Source: Macrostomum lignano (lineage: Eukaryota). Taken from it: a DNA stretch of 64,000 nt. How positions within the stretch are numbered: the stretch's first letter is position 1; every line of letters starts with the position of its first letter. The DNA is taken from NCBI GenBank assembly GCA_002269645.1, contig NIVC01001879.1, positions 1 through 64,000 of the forward strand, written 5' to 3'. The translations under genes and the position numbers were made by a program. The notes beneath the pieces are model-generated. The model worked only from the letters and a program-made list of their open reading frames with translations. It was not told the origin of the DNA and searched no databases. This document shows, one piece after another, positions 51,895 to 63,999 of this stretch.

Positions 51895-54800
51895 TTATTT
51901 GTTAGACTTGAGCCAATCTGCATGCCGCTTAGCCTGGGCATCCCAGAGCTTCTGCAGCTTCTTTAAAGCCGACTTGGACACCTCCTTGCCCTGGGCATCG
52001 TGAGTCGGCATGCCGCGTTCGTCGAACTTTGAATATTTGTCCGTGTCGCCGAGGAACATCTGCTCAGCGGGCTGTTTGCCACGATCCTCCAGCGAAGCCT
52101 TGGCGGCCGCTTTTGCCGCCTTCTCAGCCGCTTTGTTGGCCTCCCTCTGCATGATTTTTTGGGGTGTTTGGCGCTGGTTCTACATGAGACAACTAAATGG
52201 CTACTGATACAAGCTAAACCTTAATTTTGGCGCCAAGTCTACTGATAGCTAAGGATTTGGCGCCAAGTCTACTGATAGCTAAGGATTTTAACGCCAAGTC
52301 TACTGATAGCTAAGGATTTGGCGCCAAGTCTACTGACAGCTAATGATTTGGCGCCAAGTCTACTCTCATACCCTAGGATTTGGCGCCAAGTCTACCGATA
52401 GCTAATGATTTGGCGCCAAGTCTATTGAAAGCTTAGAGTTTGGCGCCAAGTCTACTGATAGCTAAGGATTTGGCGCCAAGTCTACTCTCATACTCAAGGA
52501 TTTGGCACCAAGTCTACTGATAGCTAAGGATTTGGGGCCAAGTCTACTGATAGCTAAGGATTTTGGCGCCAAGTCTACTGATAGCTAAGAATTTGGCGCC
52601 AAGTCTACTGATAGCTAAGGGTTTGGCGCCAAGTCTACTGATAGCTAAGGGTTTGGCGCCAAGTCTACTGATAGCTAAGGATTTGGCGCCAAGTCTACTG
52701 ATAGCTAAGGATTTGGCGCCAAGTCTACTGATAGCTAAGGATTTGGCGCCAAGTCTACTGATAGCTAATGATTTGGCGCCAAGTCTACTCTCATACCCAA
52801 GGATTTGGCGCCAAGTCTACTCTCATACCCAAGGATTTGGCGCCAAGTCTACTCTCATACCCAAGGATTTGGCGCCAAGTCTACTGATAGCTGAGGATTT
52901 GGCGCCAAGTCTACTGATAGCTGAGGATTTGGCGCCAAGTCTACTGATAGCTAAGGATTCGGCGCCAAGTCTACTCTCATACCCAAGGATTTGGCGCCAA
53001 GTCTACTGATAGCTAATGATTTGGCGCCAAGTCTACTGAGAGCTAATGATTTGGCGCCAAGTCTACTGATAGCTAAGGATTTGGCGCCAAGTCTACTCTC
53101 ATATACCAGGATTTGGCGCTAATGTCTAACCCGCCTCACCTCGGCCCTCTCGCTCCGCTCGGCAGCCAGCAGATCAGCCGGATAGAAGCCCACAGCAGCG
53201 GGCAAGTTTCCCTCGCGATCCTGCAGCCGAACCCCCAGCCGACTCAACCGATCGTCCCGCATGACATCGCAAGCGGCCAAGACGTCCTTGAGCTTGCGTT
53301 CGCGGGCTTGAAGTCGAACGCTGGCTCGAGCATCGGCGATGGCTCTTAGCAGAGGCGCCAAAGTTACCTGCCGATCAATGCTAGCCACTTCAATAGGCAG
53401 ATCGTCAACTTCGGGCTTGTCGTCGCCGAACTTGACTTTGATGCCGGATTTTTGTAGGGCTTCGATTAATTGATTGGGCAGAGAGGCCAGCTCCGGCGCC
53501 AGGTCCGGGCTGCAGTCGGTGAAGAACTGCTTGGTCTCTTGGAGCAGGTCACGGATCTGGGTGTGTAGGTTGGACAGCAGAGGGAGTGGATTGAGGTTAT
53601 AGATCGATTTAAGTTAATTTTATTAAGCACACAGAGTTCAGATAATGGCATCCTTATATCTCTTAGATGAAACCCTTAGATCTCAGATAATGGCACCCTT
53701 AGATCTCAGATAATGGCACCCTTATATCTCTTAGATGAAACCCTTAGATCTCAGATAATGGCACCCTTAGATCTCAGATAATGGCACCCTTAGATCTCAG
53801 ATAATGGCAGCCTTAGATCTCAGATAATAGCACACTTAGATCTCAGATAATGGCAGCCTTAGATCTCAGATAATGGCAGCCTTAGATCTCAGATAATGGC
53901 AGCCTTAGATCTCAGATAATGGCACACTTAGATCTCAGATACTGGCATCCTTAGATCTCAGATAATGGCAGCCTTAGATCTCAGATAATGGCAGCCTTAG
54001 ATCTCAGATAATAGCACACTTAGATCTATGATAATGGCACCCTATAGAGGGTTTTAGATAACGATAACCACAGAACAATGCCAGAATACTTTATAAATCG
54101 CAAAGAATAAAATAAAATGAAATTACCAACTCTTTAGTAGCAGGCCTCCATTCCAAACCATAGAAGCCATCAGGCAGCGGTTTATGCTTGAATCCGGGTT
54201 CTGTACCAGCCACATCAACAGTCCCGTACACGTCCAACAATCGAGTGACGGCAACAGCCAATCGCTGCAGCAGTTGAACATTACCGCCAGTTCGTCCATT
54301 ACTAGAAGCCAACAGATTATTAGCCGCAAATATTGCCTCCTGACAAATAATTAACGACCGTCTTGTATCCAAATTATCGCACAAAGCTTCGCGTATTTTA
54401 TCGTCAAACGAAGCGACTTGTCCAGCGAAATCTTCAGCCACTGAACTGTCAGATTCGCTGCTCAGCTGAAGCTCTTCAACTGCTCGAGCAACATTGTAGA
54501 AAAAGTCGGCAAATTGTCGTTCATAGCTGGCCGCTAAAGTCATGGTCTCATCGCTGTAGTCCAGCGTGTCTTTCCACGAGTGCAATAGGAAGGCTAGTCG
54601 GAGTTTTCGCGGCGAGTGCTGAGCCAGAGCCTCGCGAATAGTGATGAAGTTTTTGAGACTTTTGCTCATCTTGCAGCCAGAGATGGTCAGGTGACCGGAG
54701 TGGAGAAAGTAGCTGGAGTATGAAAGACATCTAGTACGATTACTTGCTATCATTGAGGATAAGCTTTTCTTTGAAATAATCTTACCAAACATTGATAATA

Positions 54801-57800
54801 TATACTCAAGTAACTCTCATGCAAGCTAAAATATTTTTCAAAGTCGACCTCGCCGTATGAAACTGAATTTTTTCAATAACTGCAAATTATTTTTGCCCCC
54901 CTTCAATTAATTTCTTAAAAATACCCTCTCCCAAGAAATCCTCGAAAATACCCTCCCATAAATTCCTCACATAACAGCCCTAATTCTCTTTTCACAAATT
55001 ACGGTTAAATACCCCTATTTCCTCTAAAAAAACTCACTAATTCCTCTCAAAAATACCCATAATACCTCCCATAAAATACCCCTACTTCCTCTCACAGAAA
55101 ACCCCTAATTCCTCTCACAAAATACCCCTAATTCCTCTCACAAAATACCCCTAATTCCTCTCACAAAATACCCTTATTCCTGTCACAGAATACCCCTAAT
55201 TCCTCTCACAAAATACCCCTTATTCCTCTCACATAATACCCCTAATTCCCCTAACGAAATACCCCTAATTCCCAAAAAGAAAAACGCACCAGTCTAATGA
55301 AAATACCCCAGAGAAGCACGATCTCGCCCACTCACCGGACCCAATGCGAATGACCAAAATAAGCCTCAGCCTGGGCCAGCTCGTTATCGTGATGCGGGAA
55401 TTTCAAATCCACTCCGCCAGTGTGAATATCGAGCACAGGACCGCACTCCTTACTAGCCATCACTGAGCACTCAATATGCCAGCCCGGTCGGCCGGAACCC
55501 CACGGACTTTTCCAAGCCGGCTCGCCAGGTTTGCTAGCCTTCCACAGGGCGAAATCGGCTTGAGACCGTTTCTCTCTGAGTCGATCGGCTCCGATTGACA
55601 GGTCGCCCTCGCCCTCCTGCAGCAGTTTCTGATTGCCGTAGGCGGCCGGGACCAGCTTAGCGTAGAAATGACCATCCGCTTCGGAGAATTTTTGCGTATC
55701 AAAGTAAACCGAACCGTTGGACTCGTAGGCGAAGCCTTGGTCGATGATTTTCTGGGATAAAATTATTTTCAAGGTAAACAGTCGGAGTAAAAATTTGGGT
55801 GCCTCGTCATCTAATTAGATAAACGTTTTTACTCTGACGTCTCCTGAGAATTTACACTGTTAATTCCCTTGATTGAGAATCTTAAGAGGGTTCTCAGGTG
55901 AAAATCACAGGTGATAATCTCGAGAGAGATCTCATTTGAGAATGAATCTCAAGAGAGATCCCAGGTGAGAATCTCAAGAGAGATCCCGGGTGAGAATCTC
56001 AAGAGAGATCTCAGGTGAGAATCTCAAGAGAGATCTCAGGTGAGAATGAATCTCAAGAGAGATCCCAGGTGAGAATATCAAGAGAGATCTCAGGTGAGAA
56101 TCTCAAGAGAGATCACAGGTGAGAATCTCAAGAGAGATCTCAGGTGAGAATCTTAAGAGAGATCTCATTTGAGAATGAATCTCAAGAGAGATATCAGGTG
56201 AGAATGAATCTCAAGAGAGATCCCAGGTGAGAATCTCAAGAGAGATCCCGGGTGAGAATCTCAAGAGAGATCTCAGGCGGAAATCTCAAGAGAGATCTCA
56301 GGTGAGAATGAATCTCAAGAGAGATCCCAGGTGAGAATCTCAAGAGAGGTCCCGGGTGAGAATCTCAAGAGAGATCTCAGGTGAGAATCTCAAGAGAGAT
56401 CTCAGGTGAGAATAAATCTCGAGAGATCTCAGGTGAGAATCTCGAGAGTGATCTCAGGTGAGAATCTCAAGAGAGATCTCAGGTGAGAATCTCAAGAGAG
56501 ATCTCAGGTGAGAATCTCAAGAGAGATCACAGGTGATAATCTCGAGAGAGATCTCATTTGAGAATGAATCTCAAGAGAGATCTGAGGTGGGAATCTAAAG
56601 AGAGAGATCTCAGGTGAGAATCTCAAGAGAGATCTCAGGTGAGAATCTCAAGAGAGATCACAGGTGATAATCTCGAGAGAGATCTCATTTGAGAATGAAT
56701 CTCAAGAGAGATCTGAGGTGGGAATCTAAAGAGAGAGATCTCAGGTGAGAATCTCAAGAGAGATCTCAGGTGAGAATCTCAAGAGAGATCACAGGTGATA
56801 ATCTCGAGAGAGATCTCATTTGAGAATGAATCTCAAGAGAGATCTGAGGTGGGAATCTAAAGAGAGAGATCTCAGGTGAGAATCTCAAGAGAGATCCCAG
56901 GTAAGAATCTCAAGAGAGATCACAGGTGATAATCTCGAGAGAGATCTCATTTGAGAATGAATCTCAAGAGAGATCTGAGGTGGGAATCTAAAGAGAGAGA
57001 TCTCAGGTGAGAATCTCAAGACAGATCTCAAATGAGAATCTCAGTCTTTACAGAGAAGGTAAAACAGATTTACCTGGCAGTAGTCAATAATCTCGGGTAC
57101 AACTTCGCTAACCCGCACCAGTCGATCAGGATCCAAAATATTCAAGGCTCGCATGTCAACAAAGTATTCACGTTCGAATTGTTTCGGCAGATCTTCAAAC
57201 ACGGCATTATCAGTGACGGTGCTGCCCAGCTTGCTGTCTAACCAATCGCAAAGACAGTCCCGAGATTGCGTTAGCAACACTTTTAAATTGTCGCTATTAA
57301 GTGCAGCTTGTACTTTGTCCAGATCGCGCTTGTGCATAGCTTGTTTATCTGGGTCCGTCTCGTTGCTAGCTTTGGATTCTAAACGTTTGACAGCTTCGAG
57401 AACATCGGCCCGAACTTCATCGAGACTGCTGGCTCGGCTCGAGTATTGATCGAATAGGTAGCCTTGGCGAGCTCGCTTGATGATCTGGTGGAGATATCAT
57501 GCAGAGGAGATATTTTCTTGTGTCTCAGTAGGATCTCTGCTTGCTTGTCTGAGATCTCTTCTAGGTGTCTCTATGAGATATTTCCTGAGTGTCTCTATGA
57601 GATCTCTCCTGGTGTCTCCATGAGATCTCTCCTGGTGTCTATGAGATATCTCCTGTTATCTCTGAGATCTTTCCTGGTGTCTCAGATCTTTCCTGGGTGT
57701 CTATGAGATCTTTCCTGGTGTCTCTATGAGATCTCTCCTGGTGTCTCCATGAGATCTCTCCTGGTGTCTATGAGATATCTCCTGTTATCTCTGAGATCTT

Positions 57801-58849
57801 TCCTGGTGTCTATGAGATCTTTCCTGGGTGTCTATGAGATCTTTCCTGGTGTCTCTATGAGATCTCTCCTGGTGTCTCCATGAGATCTCTCCTGGTGTCT
57901 ATGAGATATCTCCTGTTATCTCTGAGATCTTTCCTGGTGTCTATGAGATCTTTCCTGGGTGTCTATGAGATCTTTCCTGGTGTCTCTATGAGATCTCTCC
58001 TGGTGTCTCTATGAGATCTCTCCTGGTGTCTCTATCAGATCTCTACTGGTGTCTCTATCAGATCTCTACTGGTGTCTCTATCAGATCTCTACTGGTGTCT
58101 CTATCAGATCTTTACTGGTGTCTCTATCAGATCTCTCCTTGTGTCTCAGATCTTTCCTGGGTGTCTCTCTCCTGGTGCCATCTATGAGATCTCTCCTGAT
58201 GCCCTCTATGAGATCTCTCCTGATGCCCTCTATGAGATCTCTCCTGATGCCCTCTATGAGATCTCTCCTGATGCCTTCCTTCTATGAGATCTCTCCTGAT
58301 GCCTTCCTTCTATGAGATCTCTCCTGATGCCCTCTATGAGATCCCTTCTGATGCCCATTATGATCTCTCTCCTTGCGTCTCAACGAGATCTCACTTGGTT
58401 TTGGTCTATGAGATTTTTCTATTGTATCTCTATCAGGTCTCTCGCTTGTTTTTGAGATCTCGCTTTGTAATTTTACCTGTTTCCTTATTAACTTCCCCTG
58501 CCTCTATGAGATCTCTATAACTGAACAATTTGAGACCAAATAAGCCCCGCACGCAATTTACCTTATCATCAATATCCGTAATATTCATAACGTAGTGCAC
58601 ATCAAATTTAAAATAATCCACAAATATTCTGCGCATAATATCGAAGCTGATGTAGGATCTGGCGTGGCCCATATGCGACATATCGTACACAGTCGGACCG
58701 CACGAGTACCACTCAACGTGACGCCCCTTCTCTGGCACAAACGGTTCTTTCTGGTTAGTTAAACTGTTAAATAGCTTTAATGGTGGCAGGTTATCAACGC
58801 CAGGCGTTGGCTGAGGCGGCTGCCACAGCGGTTGAGCTCGAGTTGACAT
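51895..58849 (-). CDS. CARS1: Cytoplasmic cysteinyl-tRNA synthetase, complete, 6 coding exons
   Basis: Exons (minus) 58849-58562, 57484-57074, 55751-55336, 54712-54127, 53556-53140 and 52179-51895 are phase-compatible. Motifs are [14 protein letters not shown] (HIGH), [51 protein letters not shown] and the C-terminal [14 protein letters not shown]. Confidence 0.95.
52225..53118 (+). repeat. 30-bp minisatellite (ATTTGGCGCCAAGTCTACTGATAGCTAAGG)
   Basis: CARS1 intron 5. Confidence 0.95.
53640..54045 (+). repeat. 23-bp minisatellite (CTTAGATCTCAGATAATGGCAGC)
   Basis: CARS1 intron 4. Confidence 0.93.
54950..55270 (+). repeat. 23-bp minisatellite (AAATACCCCTAATTCCTCTCACA)
   Basis: CARS1 intron 3. 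Confidence 0.9.
55890..57040 (+). repeat. 25-bp minisatellite (GAGAATCTCAAGAGAGATCTCAGGT) with higher-order units
   Basis: CARS1 intron 2. Confidence 0.95.
57520..58520 (+). repeat. ~23-bp minisatellite (CTATGAGATCTCTCCTGGTGTCT)
   Basis: CARS1 intron 1. Confidence 0.9.
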
Positions 58850-59399
58850 GTCTGCAGACAAGCAACCAAAGCGGTACTTACATATTTATTTATCATACTG
58901 TAGCGATCTTATGTTAACAAAAACAAACCGGAAACTTACTGACGCTGCTATTAATCAATTTCCCAGCAGACGAAAATGATAATCCAGAGGCTTGGTTAAT
59001 CAGCTGTTTAGATATAGTTTGAAAGAAACTGAGTTTCTTTGCTAGGACAAACTGCAATCATAAAAAAGTGATGGATAATATAAATTTCACAAATTGATTG
59101 TAGAGATTGCTTGTTTAAGATTTTACATTAAGAAAATTTTCACTATAGACTACTTGTAGCAATTAAGAAAACAAAAATTCAGACGCAAACTGTCTAAAAT
59201 ATTCTGAAAACTACTGTTGGTAGGAGAATAGAATATTATGTAAAAGCTATCAGAAAAAAATCACCTTTAAATTAAAGGCTATTTTTTATTAAACAATTTT
59301 AATCGTGATTGAGTGACCATTCTAGGAATGTGTCAGAAAAATTTGAAGACGATTAAAGTATTATTTCAAGGATGGTTAAAAAGGCGATATTAAGGATGA

Positions 59400-60075
59400 T
59401 TTAAGGACGATTCAAAGAATTATTTAAGGGCGATTCTAAGAATGATTCAAGGGCGGTTCTAAGAATGATTCAAGGGCGGTTCTAAGAATGATTCAAGGGC
59501 GGTTCTAAGAATGATTCAAGGGCGGTTCTAAGAATGATTCAAGGGCGGTTCTGAGAATGATTCAAGGGCGGTTCTGAGAATGATTCAAGGGCGGTTCTAG
59601 GAATGATTCAAGGGCGGTTCTAAGAATGATTCAAGGGCGGTTCTAAGAATGATTCAAGGGCGATTCTAAGAATGATTCAAGGGCGGTTCCAAGAATGATT
59701 CAAGGGCGGTTCTAAGAATGATTCAAGGGCGGTTCTAAGAATGATTAGAGCGATTCTAAGAATGATTCAAGGGCGATTCTAAGAAAGTTTCAAGGGCGAT
59801 TCTAAGAAATGTTCAGGGGCGATTCTAAAAAAAAAGTTTCAAGGGCGATTCTAAGAAAGTTTCAAGGGCGATTCTAAGAAAGTTTCAAGGGCGATTCTAA
59901 GAAATGTTCAGGGACTATTCTTAGAATGATTCAAGGGCGATTCTAAGAAAGTTTCAAGGGCGATTCTAAGAAAGTTTCAAGGGCGATTCTAAGAAAGTTT
60001 CAAGGGCGATTCTAAGAAAGTTTCAAGGGCGATTCTAAGAAAGTTTCAAGGGCGATTCTAAGAAATGATTCAGGG
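59400..60075 (+). repeat. 23-bp minisatellite (TTCAAGGGCGGTTCTAAGAATGA)
   Basis: Between ALYREF and CARS1. Confidence 0.93.
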
Positions 60076-61177
60076 ACTATTACTATGATTCAAAATTATA
60101 TTGCCAGACAGTGCAACTGAAAGAAAAACCATACGCATACAGCGTGAATCTAAATGATTTAAACAAACTCACTTGCTTAAAAAACCGGCATGATTTTGTG
60201 TAGCACAGAACGATGAAACAAACTGGCACAGGTAATTAATAATTAATTAATTATTGTGTTGAGAATTGGATAACAAAAACCTAATATTTTAAAATCATAT
60301 TTTTAAGAAACGGAGAACATATAGAAACTAAAAGGTTATAAGAAAATTATTTTTAGTTTTAAATGCCTTATCAAGAGATATTATTCCTAGATAATAAAAA
60401 AGCTGAATAAAACGCAAATGATAAAAAAATGTTCGAGAGACACTACTTAAGTAGTGTTGGCCCGGTAAGCAGACAAAATGCTAAATATTTTTATAGATTA
60501 ATTATTGTTAGCTAGTAAACAGGTTGCATCATGAAATTTTAACATACAGAGCAATATATCGCGCACTACTTGCTAGTAGCATCGTGTTTGCAGAATGCTA
60601 AACATTATTTCTGTTTTTCGTCTTCTAAAACCGTACAAATAAATGAAACAACAATTGAGAGAACAGTTTTTCCAGACTATTATGTCGTCGAGTTTTTGTT
60701 ACGTTTCTTTGTTTCTCATTTCACAATGTTTTGTTTTTCAACGCCAGCAAAATTATTACACACACAGAGACAAATATGCCTACTAATAACAGGCAGCAAA
60801 GTAAGTAGTATTTAGTGCGAGAATGATTACAATAAAAAATTACGATTTTGTTGGATTGGAACAAGAAACGAAACAGAAAAAACCGGCACATTGAAAAGAT
60901 GACTTAAACCTTGAGACTGGGGTGACAAGTTGCTCAAGTTTCATTGAGTTTTGAATTGTTTGAAAAAGTGACACGCAATTAATTATAATTCATATTATTA
61001 TAGCTAAAACACAACAGACAAGTAAGAATTTACTATTATTATTTAATTTGTTTAAACTGTATAAAAGACAGCGACACTGGTATTATCAGCTCGATACAAA
61101 CGCAACTAACAGCAAAGCAATTCAAGGTTTTGATAACCGTCAGTTATTAACTACAGGTACCGGGTGCTGGATGTACT

Positions 61178-61183
61178 TTTATT
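61178..61183 (-). terminator. Probable ALYREF poly(A) signal
   Basis: AATAAA on the minus strand about 25 nt after the stop. Confidence 0.45.
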
Positions 61184-61208
61184 TTTAGAGAAAAAAAGAG
61201 GTTTTCCT

Positions 61209-61922
61209 TCACTCAGCAGCGGCAGCAGCGGCGGTGTACTTGTCCAGCTCCGCGTCAAGATCTTCTTTGCTGGGCACCGGCTGCCTGCCACCGCCGCCGC
61301 CCCGACCTCCGCCGCGACCGCCGCGACCTCCTCGAGCAGCGCCGCGACCACCGCCTCGACCTCCGCGGTTGGCGAAACCGCCACTACCGCCGGTGCCACC
61401 ACCACGCCGCTGCTGCTGAGGCTGTTGAAGCACCCGACGCCCGCCAGTCATTCCGCCGCCGCCGCCACCTCCGACAAGTTCAATTCGCATCGGCCGGCCG
61501 TCAAGCGGCACGCCATTGTACTGATTGAAAGCCTTAGCGGCACTTTGCTGCCGGTCAAAGTACACATCAGCTGTGCCCAACGATCTGCCCGAACGATCGT
61601 AATGAATTGTAGTTTTCTTAACTCGACCGAATTCGGAGAACAGTTCGAACAAATCGGAATCCGTGACGCCAAAGTCTAGATTAGAGATTAACAATTTGCC
61701 AGTCTGCTGTTGAGATTGCATCGGCTGATTTGATGGAGCATTGTTAGCGGAAGCTGGACGACGCCATTCGCGCTTTTGTACGCCGCCGCCTCCGCGGATG
61801 CCGCCGCCAGCGCCGCCACCGCCCCCAGCACCTCGACGGGCTCCGCCGCGGCCGCGGCCACGACCCGCGGGCTTTGTCATCTTGATGATGTCATCTAAGC
61901 TAAGAGCGATTTTATCGGGCAT
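61209..61922 (-). CDS. ALYREF: Aly/REF mRNA export factor (THO complex subunit 4), intronless CDS
   Basis: REF-N (MPDKIALSLDDII), RGG tract, RRM (KLLISNLDFGVTDSDLFELF...YDRSGRSLGTADV...YNGVPLDGRPM), RGG tract, REF-C (SKEDLDAELDKY). Confidence 0.95.
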   Translation of the reverse strand: MPDKIALSLDDIIKMTKPAGRGRGRGGARRGAGGGGGAGGGIRGGGGVQKREWRRPASANNAPSNQPMQSQQQTGKLLISNLDFGVTDSDLFELFSEFGRVKKTTIHYDRSGRSLGTADVYFDRQQSAAKAFNQYNGVPLDGRPMRIELVGGGGGGGMTGGRRVLQQPQQQRRGGGTGGSGGFANRGGRGGGRGAARGGRGGRGGGRGGGGGRQPVPSKEDLDAELDKYTAAAAAAE

Positions 61923-62044
61923 GTTGATTGATTGATTGATTTAGTATGACGGTCTTTGTTCGAATGAGAGGTTAGGTTGGCTGCGCTTGCTGAAAAGTAT
62001 CAACAGAAATATTAATCAAAATATGAATTTTTATTTATAGACAA

Positions 62045-62535
62045 GCTAAATGCCCCACTATATGATGGATACAGGAGCTAAATACCCCACTATATGATGG
62101 ATACAGAAGCTAAATACCCCACTATATGATGGATACAGAAGCTAAATACCCCACTATATGATGGATACAGGAGCTAAATGCCCCACTATATGATGGATAC
62201 AGGAGCTAAATACCCCACTATATGATGGATACAGAAGCTAAATACCCCACTATATGATGGATACAGGAGCTAAATACCCCACTATATGATGGATACAGGA
62301 GCTAAATACCCCACTAAATGATGGATACAGAAGCTAAATACCCCACTATATGATGGATACAGAAGCTAAATACCCCACTATATGATGGATACAGAAGCTA
62401 AATACCCCACTATATGATGGACACAGAAGCTAAATACCCCACTATATGATGGACACAGAAGCTAAATACCCCACTATATGATGGACACAGAAGCTAAATA
62501 CCCCACAATATGATGAACACAGAAGCTAAATACCA
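62045..62535 (+). repeat. 32-bp minisatellite (GCTAAATACCCCACTATATGATGGATACAGAA)
   Basis: About 15 units between RPS15 and ALYREF. Confidence 0.95.
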
Positions 62536-62615
62536 CATTACAATAGCAAGGATAAAGGACCTAAATGAAGATAGAGACAATCATTGTTCCAAGCCAAGAA
62601 TACCTTTCAACTCTG

Positions 62616-62621
62616 TTTATT
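62616..62621 (-). terminator. Probable RPS15 poly(A) signal
   Basis: AATAAA on the minus strand about 70 nt after the stop. Confidence 0.55.
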
Positions 62622-62689
62622 TCGGCATTAAAAAAACACTTGAAATTTGAATCTCCGACAGTTTTAAAAGTACATTGCTCATGAGATCC

Positions 62690-63124
62690 CTACTTCAGCG
62701 GGATGAACCGAGAGCTGTGAGTAGCGCCAATACCCGGTCGGCCATGCTTCACAGGCTTGTAGGTGAGCGAGAACTCTCCCAGGTAGTGCCCAATCATGTC
62801 CGGTTTCACTTCAACAGCATTGAAAGTCTTGCCGTTGTACACGCCAACAATGGAGCCGACCATCTCAGGCAGCACAGGCATGTTGCGCAGGTGAGTCTTG
62901 ACAGTTGCGGGCTTCTCACCAACAACGCATTCCTTCTTAGCCTTGCGCAGCCGCTTCAGCAGAGACTGGTGCTTGCGCTTCAGGCCTCGGTTGAGGCGGC
63001 GGCGAATCCTGCAGGTGGCCAACTCGGAGAACTGATCGATGCTCATGTCCAGCAGCTGGTCCAGCTCCACTCCGCGGTAATAGTACTTGCGGAAGGTCCT
63101 GCTCTTCTTCTGGTCGTCAGCCAT
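62690..63124 (-). CDS. RPS15: 40S ribosomal protein S15 (uS19), intronless CDS
   Basis: [81 protein letters not shown]. Confidence 0.98.
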   Translation of the reverse strand: MADDQKKSRTFRKYYYRGVELDQLLDMSIDQFSELATCRIRRRLNRGLKRKHQSLLKRLRKAKKECVVGEKPATVKTHLRNMPVLPEMVGSIVGVYNGKTFNAVEVKPDMIGHYLGEFSLTYKPVKHGRPGIGATHSSRFIPLK

Positions 63125-63243
63125 TGGTTAGACTGGAAAGAGAATGGGATCAATGTGGAAATGTGTACACCTCGCGTGAGCTTGTGCCTGCCAAGGACTA
63201 CTAAAGTGGACAGACGGGAAACTGCCGGCTTCTCCAAACGAAA

Positions 63244-63328
63244 AAATACACTACGGTGATAGGAAGTTTTTTTTCAGAAAAAAATTTTTCCTGAAAAAAT
63301 GAATACTTCCTATTTCCGTACTGTATTT
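63244..63328. other. ~85-nt imperfect inverted repeat (long hairpin) upstream of RPS15
   Basis: Nested arms AAATACA/TGTATTT, TACGG/CCGTA, TAGGAAGT/ACTTCCTA and TTTTTTCAG/CTGAAAAAA. Confidence 0.7.
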
Positions 63329-63831
63329 GCCTGCCTCCCAAAGTTTTCCAAGAATCGCGGCTTCTCGTCCTACTACCCGAGTAGTCTGAGGTGCCTGCTT
63401 GGGGGGGGGGGCACTTTACGTTGGCTGTGGGTGAACTAATTAAAAATATTTTAATACCCCCTTAGAAAGAGTCAACAAAACAACTGCTTTGGATTTCGAA
63501 GTGTTCCTATTTCGGTAATAATGATATTAAACCTTAAACCTTGGGAAAAGAAACAGAAAATCAATAAATACAACAATGGAAAAACTCAAGCCAACACCAA
63601 AATTAGGCTGGTTTTATTTTAAGTTTCGCCAAAATGCGAAAAAAAATTCCGAAACTGATTTAACTAATTCAAGTTTTTTTCAACGCGACACTACTGGCGG
63701 ACACAAGATTTCGCCAATTTTGCAATTAATATTACTGTTCAATCAGATTTTAAACTCAAGATTTTGCCGCGGACACAAAATAACTATTAGTCAATGCCAG
63801 AAAAATGCTTCAGTTCAAGAAATCGCTAGTC

Positions 63832-63999
63832 TTAAGCGTCAGCAGGTACACGTTTGTTGCTTTTCTTTTTCTGCTTCTGCGGCCGACCGACTTTCTTCTT
63901 GTCGGCAGTCTTCTGCTTCTGCTCAGTGCTAGCACTCTTGGAAATTTTGCCTATCTCTTTTCTCTTGTTCTTTGACTGCTTTAACTTCTTCTCAGCTTG
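63832..63999 (-). CDS. Lys-rich C-terminus of an unidentified gene entering from the right edge (partial)
   Basis: Open minus frame 63999-63832: QAEKKLKQSKNKRKEIGKISKSASTEQKQKTADKKKVGRPQKQKKKSNKRVPADA*. An AATAAA follows at 63613-63618 (minus). The ORF is absent from the supplied track. Confidence 0.6.
   Translation of the reverse strand, partial: QAEKKLKQSKNKRKEIGKISKSASTEQKQKTADKKKVGRPQKQKKKSNKRVPADA

Noticed and set aside
58852-58881. 30-nt micro-intron just before the CARS1 ATG
   Set aside because: A single 88-nt 5' UTR intron (58852-58939) fits the 70-91-nt short-intron class better.
62690-63124. RPS15 as a processed pseudogene
   Set aside because: The ORF is intact and conserved, has a proper AATAAA, and shows no poly(A) tail or TSD.
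62675-63259. 194-aa plus-strand ORF, and similar antisense ORFs over ALYREF, CARS1 and the PLE
   Set aside because: These are antisense shadows of GC-rich coding sequence.
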